From: a virus
Reading direction: 5' to 3' (one strand)
DNA length: 45,003 bases
UHGV virus genome: UHGV-0019907
Every line of letters starts with the position of its first letter. Position 1 is the stretch's first letter. This document shows positions 9,578 to 18,276 of the stretch, one piece after another. The position numbers and the translations under genes are program-made. The notes beneath the pieces were generated by a model. The model was not told the DNA's origin. It saw only the letters and a program-made list of their open reading frames with translations, and did not search any database.

Positions 9578-11617
9578 ATGGCTACAACCATTTCCACACA
9601 AGATATAGTAGATGCGAAGCGCGATATTGAAGATATTGGCGAAGCAGTCAACGAAGTAAAAATCGTTACCCCAAGATATGGTGAGAATTTTAAATCACTT
9701 CCGATGATTGTTGGTGAATTTCAGGATGCGATTAACACAATTGTTATAGATGATGGCGTTCCAGCCTTAGCGGTTTCTGATATTAGTGGTAGAACACAGC
9801 AGGATATAAATACAGACTTATTAAGATCAAGTCTGTCCATCATTAACTACGTCAACCCTAAAATGTTTGGTGCTAAAGGTGATGGTATTGCTGATGATAC
9901 CCAGGCAATTAAAGATTGCTTTAATTTCATGCTGGCAAATGGAGCATCTTTTTATGACTTTTCCGAAAGCACCTATAGATTTTCTTCCGACATCACAGTA
10001 GAAGCCCCGAACAAAACTATAAATATCCAAACAAATTGCAAGGCTGTTTCGGATACATTAATCCTGCGTATTCGTGGAACTGTTGAGGAAATTGGAACAA
10101 TCACAACAGCAGCAAATAAAGGTTCTATTAGTATAACTTCTAGTATTTCTGTAAATGCTGGGGATGTGATTGCAATCCACAACACCACCGATAATAGCTT
10201 CTTTAATAATTCTTTTGCTTCTCGCCAATACTATAAAGATGGTGAGTTCAAAACCGTTGAGTCAGTTTCAGGTGGGGTGGTCACTTTCACAGCTCCGTTA
10301 GAAAGCTCGTATTCAGCCTTAACCACAAATAAAATTTACAAAGTCAATCCAGTGAAACTTTTAATTAATGGTTTGTCGGTTGAATCAAATGGTGTTTGTG
10401 CGGCAATTCTATCACTTGGGCACAAGTCAGAAATTGTAAACATGAATGGGTACAACCTGTTAAATGCAAACAATTCTAGCTTTGCTGTTCAGCTTGACCG
10501 TTTATATGATTCATCACTAACTGGTGGTGAGTTCATCAAAAAAGGTATTGCAGCCACATCAGGCGGTGCCACAGATTACGGGTTGTTGATTTCTAACTGT
10601 CAGGACTTAAACGTTCGCCCGAAATATGCTTACGGTGGCCGACATGGTATATCTGTTGGTGGTGGTACGAGTTTGGCAAATGTCCCAAATCGTCGCGTAT
10701 TTATTGAGAGCGCGGTAATCGAAAACGATCCAGGCTCAGACCTACAAGCTGCCGACTTTCACGGAAATGTAGCTGACTCACACTATAAGGACTGTATTAT
10801 TCGAGGTCGAATTAGTCTGTCTGGGTACAATGTTAGATCAATTCATAATAAGTTCTACCTCAAAGCCAATGAAACCCGAACCCCGGTGGGTCTGACTGAG
10901 GTTATTGGCGGATATATTGAATCAGTAGATGATGAAGTTATTGATGGTGGAACTTGTACTTATTTTATGGGCTGGACAACATCTACAAATACAGCACTAA
11001 TAAAAGAAGATGCTACTATCTCTATTAAAAATGGATCTATTAAAGGTAACGCAACCCTTGTTGGCTTCCTTCCGATTTTCAATACATCTGTTAATACGCG
11101 CTACGTGATAGATGGCTTTGATATTAAAGGCACTGTACCTGCAACATTTAACCGGGTAATCAGTTATGCGGCAGGATCAGCAGCGTTAAAACCTGCTTAT
11201 ATTCAAGCTACACGACCAAATTTCCCAATCTCTGACGCAGTAAATCCAATTTTCGGAGATGCGAATCTAGCTGGAATCTCTAAGCGCGTCTACCCGATAT
11301 CTGGCTCAGACATCAATGGTAGTTGGACAAAAATGGAAGATGGCACTTTAATTTGCAGACAAAGACTAACAGCCACATTACCCATCACAACAGCAGTAAA
11401 TGGCGGTTTTAAGTCAAGCGATATTCCGTGGACTTATCCGAAGCCATTCATTGCAGCTCCAAGTTTAAGCACAGCGAGTTTTGATAATTCTAGTTTCGCA
11501 ATTCGGGCAACATCTGCTGGGATTAGTTCTGCACAAGTATACTCTATCAATCCGGTGAGTATTTCATCCGCTGGTGTTAATTTCGACATTATAGCTACAG
11601 GTCGGTACTTATCCTAA
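9578..11617 (+). CDS. tailspike / tail fiber with pectate-lyase-type beta-helix depolymerase domain
   Basis: FGAKGDGIADDTQAIKDC motif (pectate lyase 3 / beta-helix signature) after a ~90 aa N-terminal anchor. Confidence 0.75.
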   Translation: MATTISTQDIVDAKRDIEDIGEAVNEVKIVTPRYGENFKSLPMIVGEFQDAINTIVIDDGVPALAVSDISGRTQQDINTDLLRSSLSIINYVNPKMFGAKGDGIADDTQAIKDCFNFMLANGASFYDFSESTYRFSSDITVEAPNKTINIQTNCKAVSDTLILRIRGTVEEIGTITTAANKGSISITSSISVNAGDVIAIHNTTDNSFFNNSFASRQYYKDGEFKTVESVSGGVVTFTAPLESSYSALTTNKIYKVNPVKLLINGLSVESNGVCAAILSLGHKSEIVNMNGYNLLNANNSSFAVQLDRLYDSSLTGGEFIKKGIAATSGGATDYGLLISNCQDLNVRPKYAYGGRHGISVGGGTSLANVPNRRVFIESAVIENDPGSDLQAADFHGNVADSHYKDCIIRGRISLSGYNVRSIHNKFYLKANETRTPVGLTEVIGGYIESVDDEVIDGGTCTYFMGWTTSTNTALIKEDATISIKNGSIKGNATLVGFLPIFNTSVNTRYVIDGFDIKGTVPATFNRVISYAAGSAALKPAYIQATRPNFPISDAVNPIFGDANLAGISKRVYPISGSDINGSWTKMEDGTLICRQRLTATLPITTAVNGGFKSSDIPWTYPKPFIAAPSLSTASFDNSSFAIRATSAGISSAQVYSINPVSISSAGVNFDIIATGRYLS

Positions 11618-11640
11618 ACCCCTTCGGGGGTTTTTTATTA
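11617..11640 (+). terminator. rho-independent terminator
   Basis: aaacccc-ttcg-gggggtttttt. Confidence 0.7.
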
Positions 11641-11654
11641 TCCATTCAAAAGTG

Positions 11655-11686
11655 CTATTATAAGAAAAACTTATATCGGGGTTAGG
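11655..11686 (+). promoter_or_regulatory. conserved palindromic element TATAAG-AAAAA-CTTATA + GGGTTAG (copy 1)
   Basis: Near-identical to 33741-33770. Both copies follow a terminator and precede a start codon. Confidence 0.4.
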
Positions 11687-11687
11687 C

Positions 11688-12047
11688 GTGGAAAATGAAA
11701 GCTATGGGCTGCGGCTCGAAAAGAAGATTGACACACTTCAATCTGAAATCAGGACGCTGACAGACCACATTACGCGGCATACATTTGTCAATGAAGCCAA
11801 TCAACACAAGATTGCAGAGAACAGGCAGATGATTGACGCGCTTGATGGTCGTGTGGGTAATATTGAAGCGCGTCAATCAAGACAGGATGGCGGCATATCA
11901 TCCATTAAATATATTCTAGGCTCTATTGGTGGCGTGGTTTTTGCTGCATGTCTTTGGGTAGGCACATCAATCATTCAAATCAATCAGGATTATGCTTTGA
12001 TGAAAGAGAAGCTATCAAGAATTGAGGTGATTGCTAATGAACGCTGA
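11688..12047 (+). CDS. coiled-coil protein with C-terminal transmembrane helix (lysis-associated?)
   Basis: GTG start with GGGG 8 nt upstream. N-terminal heptad-like region and a hydrophobic stretch ILGSIGGVVFAACLWVGTSIIQI. Its stop overlaps the holin start. Confidence 0.4.
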   Translation: MENESYGLRLEKKIDTLQSEIRTLTDHITRHTFVNEANQHKIAENRQMIDALDGRVGNIEARQSRQDGGISSIKYILGSIGGVVFAACLWVGTSIIQINQDYALMKEKLSRIEVIANER

Positions 12048-12249
12048 GAACACAAGATCATATTTGGCTTTTTCCCTTGTGGGCTTGATGCTTATTTTAA
12101 TCCTGGCATTATTTTTTGTAGACATGCCACGCGAGAATAGTAACCTGATTAATACGGCTCTAGGTTTTATTGCAGGCGCAATGACAACGGCTTGCGGTTT
12201 TTATTTCGGCAGTTCCGAACAAGAAAAGAAAAGAGGTGAGGAATCATGA
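12037..12249 (+). CDS. holin-like protein (two TM helices, charged C-terminus)
   Basis: 70 aa with a GAGGTGA RBS and two hydrophobic helices followed by EQEKKRGEES. It sits immediately upstream of the endolysin. Confidence 0.55.
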   Translation: MNAENTRSYLAFSLVGLMLILILALFFVDMPRENSNLINTALGFIAGAMTTACGFYFGSSEQEKKRGEES

Positions 12250-12755
12250 ATTTCGACGAAGCGTTTAAAATAACGGTGGGGCATGAGGGTGGTTTAACGC
12301 TACACCGTGCAGACCGTGGAAACTGGACAAGTGGTAAAGTCGGTGTTGGTGAATTAAAAGGCACAAAGTACGGCATTAGTGCAATGGCTTATCCAAAGGA
12401 GGATATTAAAAACCTGACGATTGACCGCGCAAAGCAACTGTACAAGCGAGATTATTGGGATAAGTGCCGATGCGATGAATTGCCGAACGGCCTGAGATTT
12501 CATGTATTTGATACCGCCGTGAATAGTGGCGTGGTTCGGGCAGTAAAAACATTGCAGCAGGCAGCAGGCAGTAAGGATGATGGAATTATTGGCCCTGCAA
12601 CGCTTGCGGCTGTACGCTCAAAAGATCAGTGCGAATTGTTGTTATTGTTCTATTCCTTTCGTATTGCTTTCTATACATCAATAGGCACGTTTAACACATT
12701 TGGTAAAGGCTGGATGAATCGTGTTGCTAGTAATTTAAAGATTGGTTTGAAGTAA
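12246..12755 (+). CDS. endolysin, GH108-type lysozyme with peptidoglycan-binding domain
   Basis: N-terminal MNFDEAF..TVGHEGG motif (GH108 signature). The C-terminal region resembles PG_binding_3. Confidence 0.75.
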   Translation: MNFDEAFKITVGHEGGLTLHRADRGNWTSGKVGVGELKGTKYGISAMAYPKEDIKNLTIDRAKQLYKRDYWDKCRCDELPNGLRFHVFDTAVNSGVVRAVKTLQQAAGSKDDGIIGPATLAAVRSKDQCELLLLFYSFRIAFYTSIGTFNTFGKGWMNRVASNLKIGLK

Positions 12756-12757
12756 AA

Positions 12758-12782
12758 AAAAGCCCCGAATAGGGGCTTAATT
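12758..12782. terminator. bidirectional rho-independent terminator
   Basis: agcccc-gaata-ggggct stem with an A8 run on + (which reads as T8 for the - strand gene) and a T-rich 3' flank. Confidence 0.6.
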
Positions 12783-12783
12783 C

Positions 12784-13026
12784 TTATTTCACAAATGAAA
12801 GTATTGCTGATGCTGATAGGTAGATGACATATCCATCTAAAGCCAAAACAACGAGAAATGCAAAAAGAGAAGTTCCATCACCTGAATTTCTATTTCTAGC
12901 TTTCTTTAGTTTTTCCTCCAAATACTCTATCTCCTTATCTTTTGTAGCTATGTTGATATTTCTATTTGTTCGCATTAAGCAAAATAAAATCAACAGTATC
13001 AATAAAATAACAATAGTTCCGTTCAT
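12784..13026 (-). CDS. small membrane protein (2 TM)
   Basis: 80 aa with an N-terminal TM, a charged KDKEIEYLEEKLKK segment and a C-terminal TM. The overlapping + strand ORF is low-complexity mirror sequence. Confidence 0.45.
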   Translation of the reverse strand: MNGTIVILLILLILFCLMRTNRNINIATKDKEIEYLEEKLKKARNRNSGDGTSLFAFLVVLALDGYVIYLSASAILSFVK

Positions 13027-13164
13027 AATTCTTCAAACCCATTTAATTGATTAAGATCACTTTCTTTAAATGCTGACAAGCGCCAGCGGTTATCGTGCCA
13101 CATGTAAACATCGTTATCCTTAAGCATGTAGTACATGCTCAGGATGTTGTTGTAGTGAGTTGAG

Positions 13165-13584
13165 TTAGAATGGCAGGTCATCATCTAACTCAGGTGATTT
13201 CGGCTGTGCAGGCTTTGCATAACTTTGTTGCTGAGTTTGCTGCGGAGCATAACCCTGCTGTTGTGGTGCTTGCTGCTGTTTAGGTTCATTGCGTCCACCA
13301 ACAAGCTCAATATTGTTTACGCGAATTTCAGGATAGATTTTACCCTCATGTTCGCGCAGCGACACTTCACCATAGACAACAACTTGAGTACCTTTAACAA
13401 GGTAATCCATTAACTGACCTTCTGCTTGCTTGCCCCAAATTTTACAGCGCCACCAGTTGGTTGATTTCTTTTCACCAAATCCGACTGAATCACCTACTGA
13501 GAATTCAAGCAATGTTGTTTGACCTACTTGTTTTCGTTCTGAATCTTTACCAAGACGGCCAGAGATTGCGATTGTATTTGACAT
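13165..13584 (-). CDS. ssb: single-stranded DNA-binding protein
   Basis: OB-fold-like N-terminus, Gln/Pro-rich linker and an acidic C-terminal DDDLPF tail. Confidence 0.9.
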   Translation of the reverse strand: MSNTIAISGRLGKDSERKQVGQTTLLEFSVGDSVGFGEKKSTNWWRCKIWGKQAEGQLMDYLVKGTQVVVYGEVSLREHEGKIYPEIRVNNIELVGGRNEPKQQQAPQQQGYAPQQTQQQSYAKPAQPKSPELDDDLPF

Positions 13585-13588
13585 TTTA

Positions 13589-13810
13589 TTAACTCACTTT
13601 GTTTATGTTTTGAATAGCCCATACGCCCAAATCATCAAACGCAGATTTACGTCCGCGCATGTAAGTGGCGTAAAACGAAAGCCAGTGCTTTTGTGTTTCT
13701 GCATCAGTGAACTTGAATCCACGCTTTTCGCATGGCTCATGCTCACGACCTGATTGAATGCCGATGTAGTCCAGGTGTTTAAAAAATAGTTCAAGCATTA
13801 TTCTCTCCAA
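13589..13810 (-). CDS. hypothetical protein
   Basis: 73 aa ORF in the operon between the HNH gene and ssb. Confidence 0.35.
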   Translation of the reverse strand: MERIMLELFFKHLDYIGIQSGREHEPCEKRGFKFTDAETQKHWLSFYATYMRGRKSAFDDLGVWAIQNINKVS

Positions 13811-14408
13811 AAAATGCTGCCGCTGTGATTGGTGTGACTTGACGATTGTAAATCATTGATACTTTTTTTAAAAAATCAATATGATTCATCTTGTTTTTCA
13901 TGAAGTTGCAGTCAGAACAACAAGGGACGCAGTTACCATCAATATATGGTTTTTGACTATCAAGTCGGTCTATCCCTGTAATAAAAGCAGAGCCATTATA
14001 CATAGGTTTTCCGTCTTTTTTATACAATAACCTCTCTCTTGGTTTCTCTCCACAGTAAAAACAATCCTTTGTTGCTATGGATTTAAAGTAATCAATATCT
14101 ATAAAAAAACCAATCCCCCTTCTCTTTGCTGATGCTCTGTATGTTGAAAATATATTATTCATCATAGCCATTCCAGTGTTCAGTTTATGGTAAGAATCCT
14201 TCTCTCTTTTTTTAATAAAATCTTTGTCGTGCTGAGAGCACCCGCATGATTTCATCTTCATTAGGTTCACCCGCAAAACTTCAGTTTTATTTCCACATTC
14301 GCACAAGCATAGTGCTTTTGCTGGCTTTCCTTTACCTTGTGGAATTATATCTACAACAGTCAATCTTCCATTCTTGCTGCCAATCTGGATTGTGCTCTTT
14401 CTACCCAT
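13791..14408 (-). CDS. HNH-family homing endonuclease (Cys-rich)
   Basis: CFYCGEKP...GIDRLDSQKPYIDGNCVPCCSDCNFMKNK (the IDRID...N...CC..CN..K HNH motif), plus an N-terminal CxCxC zinc cluster. Confidence 0.6.
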   Translation of the reverse strand: MGRKSTIQIGSKNGRLTVVDIIPQGKGKPAKALCLCECGNKTEVLRVNLMKMKSCGCSQHDKDFIKKREKDSYHKLNTGMAMMNNIFSTYRASAKRRGIGFFIDIDYFKSIATKDCFYCGEKPRERLLYKKDGKPMYNGSAFITGIDRLDSQKPYIDGNCVPCCSDCNFMKNKMNHIDFLKKVSMIYNRQVTPITAAAFFGENNA

Positions 14409-14414
14409 AATAAA

Positions 14415-14452
14415 AATCCACTATAAAAACTTTATTTATTATAGTGGATTCA
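14415..14452 (-). terminator. hairpin / terminator between thyX and the HNH gene
   Basis: Perfect 11 bp inverted repeat AATCCACTATA...TATAGTGGATT with a 13 nt spacer, followed on the - strand by a T-rich run. Confidence 0.5.
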
Positions 14453-14466
14453 TTAAGCAAGGTCAA

Positions 14467-15099
14467 TTAACCAAAAAATGCATCATGTGTTACAGGTGCG
14501 ACTGTTTTCAGAACCTCCATAGCTTGCATTGCAATAATTCTATGCTCTTTTTGCGTATCTTCATTCTTTCTTACCTGAATGTAATGAATCCACGATCTGA
14601 GCGTTCCCTGCATATATAGGCGCGTTGGTGTTAATCCCTCCGGCAATAATGCGCGAGCTTGTTCTTTGGCTATTCCTTGCTTTAATGCTTCACGGTATGC
14701 CTCTGTCGAGCGCCACCATACACCGCGCTGCTCATTATCAAACCAAGTCGCAAGGTGTTCGTTGTCGCATTCAAGGCTGCTTTGTCTGTTATTTTCATCT
14801 TGAAGCCTGCACTCTCTTAGAACTGCTTCACCAAGCTTTGTCATATCTTCATAGCGGCCTGAAAACTCTTGGAAGCTAAAAGAGCGATGGCGCAAAATCT
14901 GACGGCTAATATCGCGTGTGGTGTCAATTTGCACACACATTGAAGCCATCTCGAATGGTGAATAGTGGTTATGGCGCATCAAATAATTTAAAAGACGTTT
15001 AAATTCTTCATTATTTTGATTATCGGGATTTGACACGCGAGCCATAAATGCAATTTGCTTGTCTGCTTCCGGTGTCGCCCACATTAGTTGAACTGTCAT
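14467..15099 (-). CDS. thyX: flavin-dependent thymidylate synthase
   Basis: RHRSFSFQEFSGRY (the ThyX RHRX7-8S signature). Confidence 0.9.
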   Translation of the reverse strand: MTVQLMWATPEADKQIAFMARVSNPDNQNNEEFKRLLNYLMRHNHYSPFEMASMCVQIDTTRDISRQILRHRSFSFQEFSGRYEDMTKLGEAVLRECRLQDENNRQSSLECDNEHLATWFDNEQRGVWWRSTEAYREALKQGIAKEQARALLPEGLTPTRLYMQGTLRSWIHYIQVRKNEDTQKEHRIIAMQAMEVLKTVAPVTHDAFFG

Positions 15100-15663
15100 T
15101 TATAAATCCTCAATATTCACTGAAATGCGTTTTTGTGAAGCCATGCGTTTGTCTGCTTCGATGTTGTCTAGCGCGTCTTGGTATGCAGGGTCAGATTCTT
15201 TGATAAATACGCCGTTAAACATGACACCTTTACGGTCTTTAATGTCGTTGTAGGCGATTTGGACGCATTCTTCTATGGTTGTGTTATGTAATGCTGCTAT
15301 GCGCTTTAAGCTCATGATAGCTATATCCAAGTTACCATCTTCTTCTCCAGCAGTATCACAATCAAATACAAAGTTATTTAAAGCAAAACCTAGCTCAACA
15401 ACATATTGCTTCAATGATAAATTCTCAAGACTTGGTAGCGATAAAATATTTATCTGTGAATCTGTTTGCTTCGCCATAATCGTCAGCACAACAAACACAT
15501 CACCAATATCATCGCGACAATCACGACCTTTCCCGACATTATCAGCAAGTTCACCGAACTCACTAAACAGCTTCATGGCTTGATCAATTGGTTTTGACCC
15601 TTTGATAATGTTGCGGTCTTCTGCCCATTGCTCAATTTTTGTGATTAGTTCATTCATACTCAA
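15100..15663 (-). CDS. MazG-like nucleotide pyrophosphohydrolase
   Basis: LFSEFGELADNV...DIGDVFVVLTIMA (EExxE/D-type all-alpha NTP-PPase motifs). Confidence 0.65.
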   Translation of the reverse strand: MSMNELITKIEQWAEDRNIIKGSKPIDQAMKLFSEFGELADNVGKGRDCRDDIGDVFVVLTIMAKQTDSQINILSLPSLENLSLKQYVVELGFALNNFVFDCDTAGEEDGNLDIAIMSLKRIAALHNTTIEECVQIAYNDIKDRKGVMFNGVFIKESDPAYQDALDNIEADKRMASQKRISVNIEDL

Positions 15664-16279
15664 AACCCTTTTCGTCTAACATTTCTTTCAGTTTATTTTG
15701 CGCCAATGTAGCGCGGTTAATCAGTTGCTCTTTCAATTCTTGCGTAACTTGCATTGATGCAGTCGTTACGCGGTATTTCGGGTCAATATGGCTTACTTCA
15801 TGCCAATCCAAAGGGTCACTAGCTTTAATCAAATGCGGTGGCGTATCGAGCAGTGTATAGCAAAGCCCTGCACTGTCACGCCCCCACATGGTTGCATATT
15901 GCACAAGCTGCCAAAAATACTTCTTATTGGTCTTAATGTCGATGTAAGACTTAAAAGTATCTTTGCTATATGAGTTTTTAATATCCCAAATAAAGCTGCT
16001 ATCAGGGTCATCAATATCGCATTCGCCAGTAAATAAATCAGTCGTTTTTCTATCTGTATTTTTTACATAGAAATTTCCCGAAACTTCATTAAAAAGTGCA
16101 ATTGCTTCATCTTCAACTTCTTTGCCTTTTTGCATTTCATAAGTATCTAGGCTTGGCGACCATCCCAATGTAATTCGTCTAACCATCTTCTCAAGATGCG
16201 TCATTGCACCTTGAGGAAGAATATTTTTGTCAGGGCTTGCCATAATGTCGCCCACTTCTGACGCTCTAAATTGAAGCAT
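15650..16279 (-). CDS. recombination exonuclease (YqaJ / lambda-exo-like PD-(D/E)xK)
   Basis: GECDIDDPDSSFIWDIKNS motif. The start is taken at MLQFRASE because it has a GAGGTG RBS; an alternative upstream ATG lies at 16306. Confidence 0.6.
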   Translation of the reverse strand: MLQFRASEVGDIMASPDKNILPQGAMTHLEKMVRRITLGWSPSLDTYEMQKGKEVEDEAIALFNEVSGNFYVKNTDRKTTDLFTGECDIDDPDSSFIWDIKNSYSKDTFKSYIDIKTNKKYFWQLVQYATMWGRDSAGLCYTLLDTPPHLIKASDPLDWHEVSHIDPKYRVTTASMQVTQELKEQLINRATLAQNKLKEMLDEKGFEYE

Positions 16280-16946
16280 TGCGCGACACCTCAATAATTT
16301 GCTCATTGCTCAGCTCATAAGTGTTCACAAGTTTTTCAACTGCGTATTCATTTGCCTGGATTTTGGCTAATGCCTTTTTAAATTGCTCGTCATTTAGTCG
16401 TGGCTTGCCTGCCTTAGCATTCACAGCAAATCCATTGTTACAATCATCTCCTGTAGTGGTGATGTTCAAGATGCTGCAAAGCGTATAGCGTTTGCCGTAG
16501 GTGATAGCCGCACCGATAGCCTGCATCTTGTTCATGCCCTTTGTAGCGGCTTCGGTTGGTAGTTCAAGCTCAGTAGTGGCTGTGTGGCCGTCTTTGTGCA
16601 TCAGTGTGCAAACGATCTTGACTGACTCTATGCCGTTTTGCTGAGTGCTGAATGACACGCTAAAGCCATGCTCGGATAGAATCGGCTGAACCACGGTTAC
16701 AATATCCTCAAGCGGTGCGTATGTCGTGCTGTATGACTTTTTGGTGTGTGCAATCACTGGAATTTTCTTAGACATCAAAGAGAAGTCGTGATTAAAATTG
16801 ATAATCGCTTGCTGCTTCATAATGTCTTTTTGCATTTCGATTAGTTCACGCGCGACATTCACATCGAAGTTGCCGCTTGACACCATATTTTCAATTACAG
16901 TCAGCGCTGAATTGCTTTGTGTTGTTGGTAGGCTTGACATGTTCAT
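16266..16946 (-). CDS. ERF-family single-strand annealing protein
   Basis: NKMQAIGAAITYGKRYTL (ERF signature). Paired with the downstream exonuclease. Confidence 0.8.
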   Translation of the reverse strand: MNMSSLPTTQSNSALTVIENMVSSGNFDVNVARELIEMQKDIMKQQAIINFNHDFSLMSKKIPVIAHTKKSYSTTYAPLEDIVTVVQPILSEHGFSVSFSTQQNGIESVKIVCTLMHKDGHTATTELELPTEAATKGMNKMQAIGAAITYGKRYTLCSILNITTTGDDCNNGFAVNAKAGKPRLNDEQFKKALAKIQANEYAVEKLVNTYELSNEQIIEVSRNASI

Positions 16947-17326
16947 TCTCCTAATTCAAATATGAAAGTTTTATTTAAAAAGCTATCTAGTGGCAATGTT
17001 TTAATGTTTTGAGTGCGCCAATCTTCTTCACCAACTCGCTTATACCTTACCGAAACGCCAGCAATAACAAAACCAATTGCCTGCTCTCCTGTGATTGGTT
17101 TTTTTGTGTCAATATTACCTTTTATCTTTTTAAGCATCGACTCAAGTTTTGACTCTGAAACATTTCTCTTAACCTTTGGCTCTGATTTTGGCTTGTTGAT
17201 TACTACAGTTCCAGTTGTATCGTAGTAGTTCAGAACAAGTTTTCCGATTCTAAATTGATAACCATAAGGCAATTTCTTTAGGTCAAAACCTAATTTGTCT
17301 GCAAGTATTTGCATTTCTTCATTCAT
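16943..17326 (-). CDS. hypothetical protein (first gene of leftward operon)
   Basis: Start chosen at MNEEMQ, 7 nt after AGGAGA. The track's earlier start would place the RBS inside the coding sequence. Confidence 0.4.
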   Translation of the reverse strand: MNEEMQILADKLGFDLKKLPYGYQFRIGKLVLNYYDTTGTVVINKPKSEPKVKRNVSESKLESMLKKIKGNIDTKKPITGEQAIGFVIAGVSVRYKRVGEEDWRTQNIKTLPLDSFLNKTFIFELGE

Positions 17327-17350
17327 GTTCATTCTCCTAAACAATGTCAA

Positions 17351-17433
17351 AATAATATCATTGTTATAATGTTATTGCAATGCTAGATTTTATCTTTATA
17401 ATAGAATTATATCAAACAACTTAGGAATTATTA
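17351..17433. promoter_or_regulatory. divergent promoter region with palindromic ATTGCAAT
   Basis: Rightward TTGCAA-N16-TATAAT and leftward TTGCAA-N17-TATTAT share the palindrome ATTGCAAT as their -35 element. Confidence 0.4.
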
Positions 17434-17652
17434 ATGGCTGGCAAACCGTTAGATTTTGTAGCAAACCTAAAAGAGCTAAAGGAAATCGGTGATACTATGG
17501 TTATCAACAATGACGACTATGAAGAGCCGATTAAGAAAAATCAGGTATCAAGAGCATTGTATTATCACGGAAAACGAAACGGTGCTAAATTTAGCTACGT
17601 TCAAATTGATACTGGTTATATTATTTTGCGTGTTGGCACTACCGAAAAATAG
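17434..17652 (+). CDS. hypothetical small protein
   Basis: 72 aa ORF with a GGAATTATTA-ATG context, downstream of the rightward promoter. Confidence 0.4.
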   Translation: MAGKPLDFVANLKELKEIGDTMVINNDDYEEPIKKNQVSRALYYHGKRNGAKFSYVQIDTGYIILRVGTTEK

Positions 17653-17695
17653 GCAAAAAAAATACCCTGTGTTAGCAGGGCAGGAGAATGGTTAG

Positions 17696-17887
17696 ATGAA
17701 TATAGCACTAGATGAGATTAGAAAGCAAGCACCGGAAGGGGCGACGCATTTTTGGCAAAATGAATATGGACATGCTTATTACTGCTACTGCGAACAAATA
17801 AAAAGATGGCTTTATTATGATAACCATCATGACTGTTGGTTTTCGCAAAGAGAAACAAGCATAAAAGAAAAACTAAAACCCCTATAA
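17696..17887 (+). CDS. small protein of the 'APEGA...KPL' paralog family (copy A)
   Basis: EIRKQAPEGATHF...KLKPL, with its stop codon in the terminator loop. Paralogous to 33512 and 38836. Confidence 0.5.
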   Translation: MNIALDEIRKQAPEGATHFWQNEYGHAYYCYCEQIKRWLYYDNHHDCWFSQRETSIKEKLKPL

Positions 17888-17900
17888 GGGGTTTTCTTTT
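17876..17900. terminator. bidirectional terminator between convergent genes
   Basis: aaacccc-tataa-ggggttttcttt; the TAA of the 17696 gene lies in the loop. Confidence 0.65.
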
Positions 17901-18276
17901 ATCCAATCCTCCACCGCTTCCATCGCAGCTTCCCAGCCATAAGCCACGCAACAAAAACAGCCTTTCTTGTCTGCACGTTCTAAAAATTCGGTCTGTTCTT
18001 TTGCAATCCGTGAAGATTTAGACTTTGATTTCATTTCACACAAAAACATTGGGTGGCCTGCAATAATAATATCGGGCGCACCCTTGACAAAGCCGCCTTG
18101 CATTTTCATAACTGCAACTTGCTTGTGGTCGCGCTTTCCCTCGTTGCGGACGTGGATTGCTAAGGCGTGTATGTCGGGGTAACGCCTCTGCAACTGGTTA
18201 AAAAAAGTTGACATTTCCGCGCCTTCTTTGGCTTGGTCGCCTTTGGATTGGTGGCCGTAGGTTTTAATTGTCATTA
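17882..18276 (-). CDS. VRR-NUC domain nuclease
   Basis: GAPDIIIAGHPMFLCEMKS (PD-(D/E)xK VRR-NUC motif). The start at MTIKTY overlaps the methyltransferase stop (ATGACAATTAA). Confidence 0.65.

Noticed and set aside
11695-11760. ATG at 11695, positioned like the portal ATG relative to the conserved upstream element, as start of the lysis-block gene.
   Set aside because: It opens only a 21 codon frame. The 119 aa coiled-coil/TM ORF is in another frame starting with GTG at 11688, which is kept at moderate confidence.
A sequencing frameshift cannot be excluded.
12824-13054. 76 aa + strand ORF.
   Set aside because: It is the mirror of the - strand 2-TM protein gene 12784..13026. Its translation is low-complexity (FLFLAFFSFSS) and it lies beyond the + strand terminator.
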